IMG/VR virus record: IMGVR_UViG_3300008012_000030 | Coordinates: 1-61,061 of that record | Source: a virus | Taxonomy: Duplodnaviria > Caudoviricetes | Length of the DNA stretch: 61,061 nt | Reading direction: 5' to 3' (one strand) | Shown: piece after piece, positions 28,225 through 36,729 of the stretch | How the letters are laid out: each line of letters begins with the position of its first letter | Numbering within the stretch: position 1 is the stretch's first letter | Notes under the pieces: model-generated | What the model was told of the DNA's origin: nothing | The model's database searches: none | What the model saw: the letters and a program-made list of their open reading frames with translations, nothing else | Made by a program: the position numbers and the translations under genes

Positions 28225-29263
28225 AAAAATAAAAGTAGACGAAACAAAATTTATTGACATTTATGACGATGTTTTTGATTTTTCACAGCATTGTTACTTG
28301 TACGAATTTGTAAAAAATTGTTCTTATAGATTAAATCGCACAGCTAGTAGTTCTGTGCCTCAAGATAAACAATTTAAGACTTTATTAAGTGAATTTAACA
28401 TACATGACTTATTAAAAATTAATTTTTTTACAGCACCTAATTTAAAATTCTTAAGAGATAAAATTAAAACACATAATTTTAGATTACATCGAGCTTATGT
28501 CAATTTAAGTACAGCTCAAGATGTGTATCATTATCATGTTGACAGCAATATTGATGATGATTTTACATTATTATATTACTGCAATACAGCATGGGAAGAA
28601 AATTGGGAAGGAGAAACACATTTTGGTGATACTTTAGGACAAGAAATTATACACAGTTGTTCTTTTAAACCAAACAGAGTTGTGTTATTTACAGGAACAA
28701 TTCCGCACAAATCTTCTCAACCTAGTTTTTTTGCAAAAGATTTTAGGTACGTACTTACATTAAAATTTACACACCCTAACCACAAAGATTATTATACTGA
28801 TTTTCCAATTTCTGATTTTTTTGATGAAAATGTAGTGCTTACTGAACGGGAAATAAATGCTTTAGAGTTTTTGCAAAAAATTTGTTCAAACATAAAGCAC
28901 AGTGAATCAACCTTATATGAACATTTAAAAAATACTTGGCGGATTTTGAAAATTCAAAAAAGATCTGAAGACACATGTTTAGCAGGTATGTTTCATTCGG
29001 TATATGGTACAGAATTTTTTGATCAGCTATTATTAGATCGTGAAAATATTAAAACTATCATTGGGGATAGTGCTGAAGATTTAGTTTTTAAATTTTGTTC
29101 TTTAACAAATAGAGATGAACAATTATTAAATGATAACTGTTTTGAAAAAGAATTAATAGAAATAGCATATGCAAATTTAATTGAAGAAAAGTTTAGAAAT
29201 ATGTCTCATGAATCAGAAATAATTGCTTACAAAAATAAATTAGAAAAAATTAAAACTAAATGA
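28214..29263 (+). CDS. 2OG-Fe(II) oxygenase fused to an HD-like (DUF6817-like) domain
   Basis: N-half HVD...W..NWEGET...PNRVVLF...PHKS...RY; C-half HS..TLYEHL..T...CLAGMFHSVYGT...IG..AE.LV..F. Confidence 0.82.
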   Translation: MNHRKIKVDETKFIDIYDDVFDFSQHCYLYEFVKNCSYRLNRTASSSVPQDKQFKTLLSEFNIHDLLKINFFTAPNLKFLRDKIKTHNFRLHRAYVNLSTAQDVYHYHVDSNIDDDFTLLYYCNTAWEENWEGETHFGDTLGQEIIHSCSFKPNRVVLFTGTIPHKSSQPSFFAKDFRYVLTLKFTHPNHKDYYTDFPISDFFDENVVLTEREINALEFLQKICSNIKHSESTLYEHLKNTWRILKIQKRSEDTCLAGMFHSVYGTEFFDQLLLDRENIKTIIGDSAEDLVFKFCSLTNRDEQLLNDNCFEKELIEIAYANLIEEKFRNMSHESEIIAYKNKLEKIKTK

Positions 29264-29860
29264 AATTCTATCAGAGTCCTCTTCATTAGTTAAATTTTGT
29301 TGTACATAGTGTGTTAAATGTCCAGGAAACATTATCAACATACCTTCTTTAGGCGTAAACCAGTGTTCTGTATTAATATTAGAATTGTCTATTTTTAATC
29401 CTTGCTGAATAATTACACTTGATTGATGACTCATTCTGTCTCTTTCAGATTCTGATCTATCAAATACAATATTACCTGACTTTTTCGGAACCTTAACATA
29501 ATATACTCCGCTAACATAACTTTCAGGGTGTGTATGGGGAGAGTTATATGTATATTTGTGGTTTATATTGTACCAGTAACAGTATTTCTCCATCTTAATA
29601 CTATGCAATCCCCAGCTATCCATTATTTCTTGTGCTGCTGGTTGAATGGTGTTAACAAAGAGCTTTTCTATTATAGGATTATCAAATTTTGGATTTTGAT
29701 AGGGATATGATTGATATCCGCCTTGATTACTTCTACTGTTACTTAATGTATTCATTGCTATACTGCGAATGTTTTCAATAAGCTGGTTATGATTATCGGG
29801 TTCAAGATAAGTAACATAACAAGATGTAACAAATATTTGGTGTTGTTGCATTTTAATCAT
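29240..29860 (-). CDS. 2OG-Fe(II) oxygenase, TIGR02466-like (HxH...H)
   Basis: SNQGGYQS, WYNIN, PHTHP..VSGVYY, FPG.LTHYV..N, RISFSFN. Confidence 0.88.
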   Translation of the reverse strand: MIKMQQHQIFVTSCYVTYLEPDNHNQLIENIRSIAMNTLSNSRSNQGGYQSYPYQNPKFDNPIIEKLFVNTIQPAAQEIMDSWGLHSIKMEKYCYWYNINHKYTYNSPHTHPESYVSGVYYVKVPKKSGNIVFDRSESERDRMSHQSSVIIQQGLKIDNSNINTEHWFTPKEGMLIMFPGHLTHYVQQNLTNEEDSDRISFSFNFF

Positions 29861-29898
29861 ACAATATTTATTGATATAGGTAACTGAGAAAAAAAGAA

Positions 29899-31383
29899 AT
29901 GAAAAATATTAAAACCTGTAATATTATAGGAGGCGGTACAGCTGGATTTGTATCTGCACTAATTCTTAAGACACGTTTCCCTCATGTTGACGTACAAGTA
30001 ATACGATCAACAAAGATAGGCATTATTGGTGTAGGAGAAGGAAGTACAGAACATTGGGCAGAATTTATGCATTATATAGGTAAAACATGGCAAGATATAA
30101 TAGTAGAATGTGATGCTACATTTAAATCAGGTATAATGTTTGAAGGATGGAGTGAAGAAAATTTTTTACACAGTACTTCAGGAGATTACGCAAAGTTAAA
30201 CGGCCAATATTATCACGTTTACGGAAAAATAATTGCAGAAAAAAGTCCTAAATGTGATATGAATCCAAAAAGAGTTTGGCGAAGTAAACTTCCTTCACAT
30301 TTCGCACAGGATAAAGATATACATTCGCCCTTCAATCAATTTCATTTTAATACACATAAGTTGAACGACTTTCTCACAAGAACTGCAATAGAGAAAGGTA
30401 TAAAAGTTATAGATGACGAAATTACAGATGTAAAAATAGATGAAAACGATGAAATCGATATTGTCTATGGTTTAAAAAATAATTATAAATCTGACTTTTT
30501 TATTGACTGCACAGGGTTTAGTAGATTATTAATTACAAAACTCGGAGCAAAGTGGCAAAGCTATAACAAATATCTTAAAATGAAATCTGCTATAGTATTT
30601 CCTATAGAAGAGCAGGATGAGATTCCAATTTGGACCTTAGCAAAGGCAATGGATTACGGATGGTTATTTAGAATTCCTGTATATGGAAGATTTGGCAACG
30701 GTTATATCTTTGATTCCGATTACATAAATGCTGATCAAGCTAAACAAGAAGTTGACAGTTTATTTAATAAAGACATTGAAATTAAGAAACAAATTAATTT
30801 TGATCCAGGTGCTTTAAACAAAGTGTGGATAAACAACTGTTGTGCAGTGGGCCTTTGTGCTAACTTTGTTGAACCTTTAGAAGCAACAAGTATAGGCACA
30901 ACAATTCAACAAATGTTTCTTTTAATGCATAGATTACCTAATTACACACAAAAAACTATTGAAATTTACAATCGTGATATAACAGATATAATGGAAAACA
31001 TAAGAGATTTTATAATTTTACATTACATAACTAAAAAAGACAACACTCAATTCTGGAAAGATGTTTCAAAATTACAAATACCAACTAGTTTGCAAGATAA
31101 ATTAGAATCTTTTAAAACTAATTTGCCTATCGAGGAAGATTTTAGAGATATTTCTAAATATGCTCTTTTTGGTGCGCCTCATTATATACAAATTTTATAT
31201 GGTTTAGATCTATTTAATATAGAAGCAATAAAAAATGAATATAATTCTATGCATCCTTTTATTAAAGACCATGCAGAAGAAGTGTTGGAAACTGTTAGAG
31301 AATTCGATTTGCAACAGCCTTCATTGAAGCATAAATTATTTCTAGATATAATTAGAGAAAATCACATCAAAAAAATTGCTTGA
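29899..31383 (+). CDS. Flavin-dependent halogenase (tryptophan halogenase family)
   Basis: GGGTAGF, GVGEGS, DATFKSG, FFIDCTGF, WLFRIP, FVEPLEATS. Confidence 0.92.
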   Translation: MKNIKTCNIIGGGTAGFVSALILKTRFPHVDVQVIRSTKIGIIGVGEGSTEHWAEFMHYIGKTWQDIIVECDATFKSGIMFEGWSEENFLHSTSGDYAKLNGQYYHVYGKIIAEKSPKCDMNPKRVWRSKLPSHFAQDKDIHSPFNQFHFNTHKLNDFLTRTAIEKGIKVIDDEITDVKIDENDEIDIVYGLKNNYKSDFFIDCTGFSRLLITKLGAKWQSYNKYLKMKSAIVFPIEEQDEIPIWTLAKAMDYGWLFRIPVYGRFGNGYIFDSDYINADQAKQEVDSLFNKDIEIKKQINFDPGALNKVWINNCCAVGLCANFVEPLEATSIGTTIQQMFLLMHRLPNYTQKTIEIYNRDITDIMENIRDFIILHYITKKDNTQFWKDVSKLQIPTSLQDKLESFKTNLPIEEDFRDISKYALFGAPHYIQILYGLDLFNIEAIKNEYNSMHPFIKDHAEEVLETVREFDLQQPSLKHKLFLDIIRENHIKKIA

Positions 31384-31982
31384 TTAATTCTTGTATTATG
31401 GAAAAACATATCACTGTCTACAGCCATGCCATGACATAATGCTTTCCCATCAAATAAAACTAATCTATTAAATTTTGCCGGTACTGAATATATTAATTCG
31501 TAACGATTTTTTTGCCGCCAAGGTTCAAAATGTTCAGGAGTATTCCAAGAATCTTCACAAATTTGTTTGTAAAAATTAGTGCCTTCACTTTCAAAATTAT
31601 TTAAATAAATCAATCCTGTAAATCCTAAGTCACTGTGAGGTGCCCAATAATATTTTGTGTAATCATTAAATGTTTTGTCATAAAAACGCATACAATTTGT
31701 TACTATTCTTCCAGGTTGAGCTATTTTTTGTTCTGTAAGAGTTTCAAAAAAGTTATTGTACACACACGACCTTTCATCTACAAAATCATGTCTATGATCT
31801 AAAAAATATTTTCCATTAAAAGACGGGTTATCCCAACTTTTCCACTTATTCCACGGATGGCTTTCAATTATATCTAAGACGCTCTGCGGTTTTTTATAAA
31901 AATTGTCTATTATATAGATATTAGTGTTTAAAACACTAATTTTTTTTGTGTTATGGGTTGTAAAATCAAACAAACTAGACAT
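31362..31982 (-). CDS. 2OG-Fe(II) oxygenase (DUF6445-like)
   Basis: IIDNFY..P, PHSD, GLIYLN, GTNFY, KFNRLVLFD...HG, R.NQ.IF. Confidence 0.8.
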   Translation of the reverse strand: MSSLFDFTTHNTKKISVLNTNIYIIDNFYKKPQSVLDIIESHPWNKWKSWDNPSFNGKYFLDHRHDFVDERSCVYNNFFETLTEQKIAQPGRIVTNCMRFYDKTFNDYTKYYWAPHSDLGFTGLIYLNNFESEGTNFYKQICEDSWNTPEHFEPWRQKNRYELIYSVPAKFNRLVLFDGKALCHGMAVDSDMFFHNTRINQAIFLM

Positions 31983-31985
31983 AAT

Positions 31986-32567
31986 TTATCCATAATTTAA
32001 TGCTAAACTTATTCTAGGTTCTACATTAGTGCCTGTTTGCACACAATGTCTTACGTAAGATCTAAAAATAACTAGGGTACCTACTTCGGGTGTATATCCT
32101 ACTTTTACATAAGATAACTCGTTTCTATCTTTTATTTCTTTTAACGGTAACATATCAGGAGCTCTAGGATCTTCAAAAATTATATTTCCACTACCTTTAG
32201 GCACTGTTACATAATACACAGCACTAAAAATACTGCCGTCATGTGTATGAAATTCTTGGAAATTACCAGGTCGTGAAATATTAGCCCAACTGTGTTCCAT
32301 TTTATATTCATACATACTATTATGTGCCTTAGCAAAATCATTAACATGCTCAGTAACACATTCTATAACAGGTTCTAGTAATTTACTTTCAGATAAATCG
32401 TGTGTAATATGAGTTGTATATGTTCCTCCTTCCCAATCTGTACCACCACTAGGTATTGTATTAGGCCATTTTAATATTTCATTTTCTATTTCTTTGTTGA
32501 AACTTGTTGGAAATAGATTTTTTTGAATATAAATCGGCGTGGGAAACCAAAGTTCTATATTAGCCAT
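31986..32567 (-). CDS. 2OG-Fe(II) oxygenase, TIGR02466-like (HxH...H)
   Basis: WFPTPI, SWANI, FHTH..SIFSAVYY, F.DPR, IFRSYVRHCV, RISLALN. Confidence 0.88.
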   Translation of the reverse strand: MANIELWFPTPIYIQKNLFPTSFNKEIENEILKWPNTIPSGGTDWEGGTYTTHITHDLSESKLLEPVIECVTEHVNDFAKAHNSMYEYKMEHSWANISRPGNFQEFHTHDGSIFSAVYYVTVPKGSGNIIFEDPRAPDMLPLKEIKDRNELSYVKVGYTPEVGTLVIFRSYVRHCVQTGTNVEPRISLALNYG

Positions 32568-33168
32568 CTTTTATCATCCATGCATTAAAGGCAACACTAT
32601 ATCTATCCTGATTAGATTTATTTGGCTGTACTTGATGAGGCATCCAAGACGGAAAAATTATTCCGTTACCTGATTTAGGATTTAAACTATACAAAGGATA
32701 ATTGTACATATTTTCTTCTTTTTTAGCAAACAAGTATTGAGTAAAATTTTGTGCTTTTACACCAAGCGGTTCGTGAAATACAAAATTTCCGCTATCTTTA
32801 CTTGTCTTTAGCCACACTACTGCACTTACAAAACTACCATAATGTTCGTGTACGCTGTGGTGTGTGGCTGGTTTATTTAAATTCAACCAACTTTCTAATC
32901 TTATGCTAGAATTTGGGTCAAAACCTATTCCGTGTAAATATTTTCTAATCATCTCTATAACATGCTCTGATAAATCGCTGTCATTATTACCGCAATAGTT
33001 TCTCTCTATGTCTTCGTGATACGTTGTAATTGTACTTCCTAAATGATTCTTTTCATACCATTTATTTTTTCCAACAAATTTCTCTGCTAAATCTAAACTT
33101 TTTTCTATTAACGATCCAGGTAGATCAAATTTTAAAATTGGTGTTGGAAAGATATTTTCTACTTGCAT
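32560..33168 (-). CDS. 2OG-Fe(II) oxygenase, TIGR02466-like (HxH...H)
   Basis: IFPTPI, SWLN, HEH.GSFVSAV, IFPSWMPHQV.PN, RYSVAFN. Confidence 0.88.
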   Translation of the reverse strand: MQVENIFPTPILKFDLPGSLIEKSLDLAEKFVGKNKWYEKNHLGSTITTYHEDIERNYCGNNDSDLSEHVIEMIRKYLHGIGFDPNSSIRLESWLNLNKPATHHSVHEHYGSFVSAVVWLKTSKDSGNFVFHEPLGVKAQNFTQYLFAKKEENMYNYPLYSLNPKSGNGIIFPSWMPHQVQPNKSNQDRYSVAFNAWMIKDG

Positions 33169-33752
33169 TTTAAATTCACATTCAGTACTATACGTCTATT
33201 TACATGTATAGGATTACTAGCTGTATGATACTGAAATCCGTCAATTAGTAATAATCGATTAGCTTTTGGTTGAACAGTATCTTTAACAGTAAATTTTGTG
33301 GGCTCTTTATCATTATAATCCCTATAATTTTCCTCAAAAATTCTAGTATCTCCGTCACTGTCATTTAAATAATAAATGATTGTGTCGTGCGAAGATCTTA
33401 CATCAATGTGGGGCAAATTATAATTTTCTTTATTGTATCCTAATTTAGGAACTTTTAACCCAAGTCTTGCTCTTAACAAATCGTCTTGCGTGTATCCAAA
33501 AGTCTGAGAAAGTTTTTCAAAAAAATCTAAAAATGCATCAAAGAACATGCCGCCATTTTTGTAATCTTCGTCATCTGAGTACAGCATATGGTACCAACCA
33601 TCTGTTTCTAATGCGTACGGATCGTTAATATTATGTTCCTCCGGTGGCAAAGATACTTGATCGGCATAAAACCATGGAAATTTGTTCGACATTACAAAAT
33701 TTGCAAGGTTATTGAACTTGACTTTTGGTAAAAACTCATCTATAATATGCAT
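33159..33752 (-). CDS. 2OG-Fe(II) oxygenase (paralogue of 27568-28224)
   Basis: FPWF, PHID, IYYLNDSDGDT, PKANR..IDG.QYHTAS.P, RIVLNVN. Confidence 0.85.
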   Translation of the reverse strand: MHIIDEFLPKVKFNNLANFVMSNKFPWFYADQVSLPPEEHNINDPYALETDGWYHMLYSDDEDYKNGGMFFDAFLDFFEKLSQTFGYTQDDLLRARLGLKVPKLGYNKENYNLPHIDVRSSHDTIIYYLNDSDGDTRIFEENYRDYNDKEPTKFTVKDTVQPKANRLLLIDGFQYHTASNPIHVNRRIVLNVNLKCK

Positions 33753-33822
33753 TGTAAGATATTTAGTAGAAAATTTTTATGGCCACTTCATATCAGATAA
33801 GTAAATTACATAGAGGTAAAAA

Positions 33823-34551
33823 ATGTTCACAATATTTAAAAAGAGAAAAACAATAACAATAGATTGCTTTACAAATCATGCGTATTCACATGATTTATTT
33901 CCTATAAAAAAAGCAACTCATTTTTTACCCGAATGGTGGAAAAAATTACCAAATAATTTTGAAACAGAAACTGCTCAGGGACTAGTCATTCCTCAAAGAA
34001 CAATGAAAGGCTGCGCCGGACTAACAAATTTATATAGAAACGGAATTGTTTTACCTTTATGGAGCGACCTACTCATTGAAACTAGAGGTGCTGACTTTGC
34101 CTATCAATTTGCAGACAATATGAGTACTGTGGGATTTCATCCTTTGGATCAACTAGGTGAAGAATTTTCTCAATATACACATACAAAAATTATAAGCCCT
34201 TGGAGAATTAAAGAAAAAACAGGAGTAAATTTTTTATATATGGATTTACCTTGGAATCATCCAAGAGACTTAATGAATCAATGCACTCCTCCCGGATTAG
34301 TTGAATACAAGTATCAACACACTACTAATATTAATATGTTTTTACGTAAAGGTGCAAAATATTTTTTCAAAGCTGGAAGACCGATGGCGCATCTAATACC
34401 TATGACAGATGATAATATTGAATTAAAATGTCATCTTGTAGGAGATGATGAAATTCAAAGAGTAATGAATAATTTAAGTTTTCCGTTTTTTGTTGACGGA
34501 TATGCAAGAGCAAAAAGTATTTTATCAAAAAAGAACAAAGGTAAAAAATGA
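33823..34551 (+). CDS. Conserved hypothetical protein (DUF6065-like) upstream of a halogenase
   Basis: PEWWK.LP, TMKGCAG, GIVLPLWSD, KI.SPW, PPG, AGRPMAHLIP; GAGG RBS; GATAAGTA at 33796-33803. Confidence 0.7.
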   Translation: MFTIFKKRKTITIDCFTNHAYSHDLFPIKKATHFLPEWWKKLPNNFETETAQGLVIPQRTMKGCAGLTNLYRNGIVLPLWSDLLIETRGADFAYQFADNMSTVGFHPLDQLGEEFSQYTHTKIISPWRIKEKTGVNFLYMDLPWNHPRDLMNQCTPPGLVEYKYQHTTNINMFLRKGAKYFFKAGRPMAHLIPMTDDNIELKCHLVGDDEIQRVMNNLSFPFFVDGYARAKSILSKKNKGKK

Positions 34552-36020
34552 AAATTAATAGTATAGCTATTATAGGCGGTGGAACTGCTGGATGGTTAAC
34601 TGCTGCTTATTTAAAGAATCAAATTCCACATTTAGATATTACGTTAATAGATAAAAAAATTTCTCAAACCGTGGGAGTGGGCGAGGGAACACTTTTAAAC
34701 ATTGGTGATTTTTTAGAAGAATGTGGTTTTCCTTTTTTTGAATGGTTTACAGAGACAGATGCATCATACAAAAGCAGTATTCTTTTTAAAAATTGGCAGG
34801 AAAAAAACAAGGATATTTGGCACCCATTTTTTAAAAGGCCAACGAAAATAAATGAAAAGTTTAGGCTACAAGATTTGTGGTCACAAAATCAAGATTTAGA
34901 CTTTAAGAAATATGCCAGTGCATTATACCAAGCCAGTATTGAAAATAAAGTTAATAATAATTCATTAAAAAGCTATGCATTTCATATCGATTGCGGTAAA
35001 TTAGTAAAATACATTCAAAATAAAATTAAAATTAATTACATAGACAGCGAAGTTGTTGTTGTCAACAAAGATAATGATATCATCACATCTATAGAATTAG
35101 AAAATGGAAAAAATATTACAAGTAATTTATTTGTAGATTGTACTGGTTGGAAAAATATTTTAGGTGCACCTAAGTATAAGATCGATTTGCAGGATCGATT
35201 GTTTTGCAATACCGCAATAGCAGGACATGTACCATATAAAGACAAACAAAAGGAACTTCACCCTTATGTAATTAGCGAAGCAGTAGATCATGGTTGGATT
35301 TGGAATATACCAGTATATTCAAGAATTGGTAGCGGACTTGTTTTTAATCGTAAAATTACTGATATCGAAGAAGCAAAGAAATATTTTGTTAATTATTGGG
35401 ACAACAGAATTACTGTTAATGATGTCAAAGTATTAGACTGGACTCCTTACTATTACAAGGATATGTGGGAAGGAAATAGAGTATGCATAGGTTTAAGTGC
35501 AGGATTTATTGAACCTTTAGAAAGCACAGGTGTTGCTATGATAACAAGTGGTATAACACAACTGGCTAATGCTATTAGAGAACAATTTATAACAGAACTT
35601 GATATAAAATATTTTAATACACAAATGCAAATACTTTTTGAAGATTGCGTAGATTTTGTAAGTATGCACTATTACGACAACAAACGTAAAACTAATTTTT
35701 GGAATTGGGTAAATGAAACATTTGTTAAAACTGACAGAATGAAATTTTATATAGAAATGCTAAAAAACAATAATCATCCTTTGCCCTATGATGGTCATTT
35801 TAACAGTATATTTATTGGGTGTAATTGGACAACTTGGTTATGTCAAATGAATTTTGATGTAGCTAAGAGACATACTGGATTTTCAGAAGAAGAGTCAAGA
35901 GAAAAATTATTAGCAGAATATATTTTACAAGAAAAATATATTGCGGAAAATAGTATAGACCATTTAAGTACTCTAAACAGAATACACGAACAATACCGAG
36001 TAGCAAATGAAAACAGTTAA
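34548..36020 (+). CDS. Flavin-dependent halogenase (tryptophan halogenase family)
   Basis: GGGTAGW, GVGEGT, DASYKS, LFVDCTG, WIWNIP, FIEPLESTG. Confidence 0.92.
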   Translation: MKINSIAIIGGGTAGWLTAAYLKNQIPHLDITLIDKKISQTVGVGEGTLLNIGDFLEECGFPFFEWFTETDASYKSSILFKNWQEKNKDIWHPFFKRPTKINEKFRLQDLWSQNQDLDFKKYASALYQASIENKVNNNSLKSYAFHIDCGKLVKYIQNKIKINYIDSEVVVVNKDNDIITSIELENGKNITSNLFVDCTGWKNILGAPKYKIDLQDRLFCNTAIAGHVPYKDKQKELHPYVISEAVDHGWIWNIPVYSRIGSGLVFNRKITDIEEAKKYFVNYWDNRITVNDVKVLDWTPYYYKDMWEGNRVCIGLSAGFIEPLESTGVAMITSGITQLANAIREQFITELDIKYFNTQMQILFEDCVDFVSMHYYDNKRKTNFWNWVNETFVKTDRMKFYIEMLKNNNHPLPYDGHFNSIFIGCNWTTWLCQMNFDVAKRHTGFSEEESREKLLAEYILQEKYIAENSIDHLSTLNRIHEQYRVANENS

Positions 36021-36729
36021 TTGGTCTTTTCACACAGGACATGAATACAATTTAGATAATCCTAGTTCAGCAAAAAGATTTATTACTGAAGACTATAATG
36101 GATATCAACCATTATTTAAAGACTTAATGAAAAACAGAAAAGGCGTAACATATGCCAAATGTCCAGCGGTCACAGATTTTTTTAAAAATACATTTGTGTT
36201 TTGTAGTCCAATGGATTTAAATATAGAAATTAAAGTTGATAAAAATGATGCAAGCGTATGGTGTAATAATGTAGATCAAGAATTTTTTGACCAAATGATA
36301 GATATACGTTTTTTTGACAAAAAAGAAAAAGGTATAAGTCCTTTTCCTTTATTAGGAATAGACTTTCTTAATACATTTACTTGCAAACATTCTATTATTT
36401 TGCAAACACTTCCAGCCTTCTTACACTATAACGATTTTACAAAAAAGACAAAGGTTATTCCTGGTGAATACGATATTAGCAAATGGGTGAGGCCTTTAGA
36501 GTTAGTATTTGAAATCGAAAATACTATAGAAAAAATATCAATAAAAAAAGGCGATGCTTTGGCTTATTTTAAATTTTTAGATGAGAATATTGTTAAATTG
36601 AAAAAAAATCCAGTACCATGGATTGAAATTATTGCTTGTAACGAGATAAGAAATAAAAACAAATATAGGCCATTAAAAGAAAGATACGATAGTTATACAA
36701 TTTGGAAAAACAATGGCAACACCAATTAA
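36007..36729 (+). CDS. Conserved hypothetical protein (distant relative of 33823-34551) upstream of a halogenase
   Basis: KCPAVTDFFKNTF...P.DL, IPGEYDISKWVRP, KKGDALAY. Confidence 0.7.
   Translation: MKTVNWSFHTGHEYNLDNPSSAKRFITEDYNGYQPLFKDLMKNRKGVTYAKCPAVTDFFKNTFVFCSPMDLNIEIKVDKNDASVWCNNVDQEFFDQMIDIRFFDKKEKGISPFPLLGIDFLNTFTCKHSIILQTLPAFLHYNDFTKKTKVIPGEYDISKWVRPLELVFEIENTIEKISIKKGDALAYFKFLDENIVKLKKNPVPWIEIIACNEIRNKNKYRPLKERYDSYTIWKNNGNTN

Noticed and set aside
22106-33752. TET/JBP- or AlkB-type DNA base modification role for the oxygenases
   Set aside because: Motifs resemble PKHD/P4H and TIGR02466-type families, and no methyltransferase or glycosyltransferase partner is in the window. Disfavoured, not excluded.
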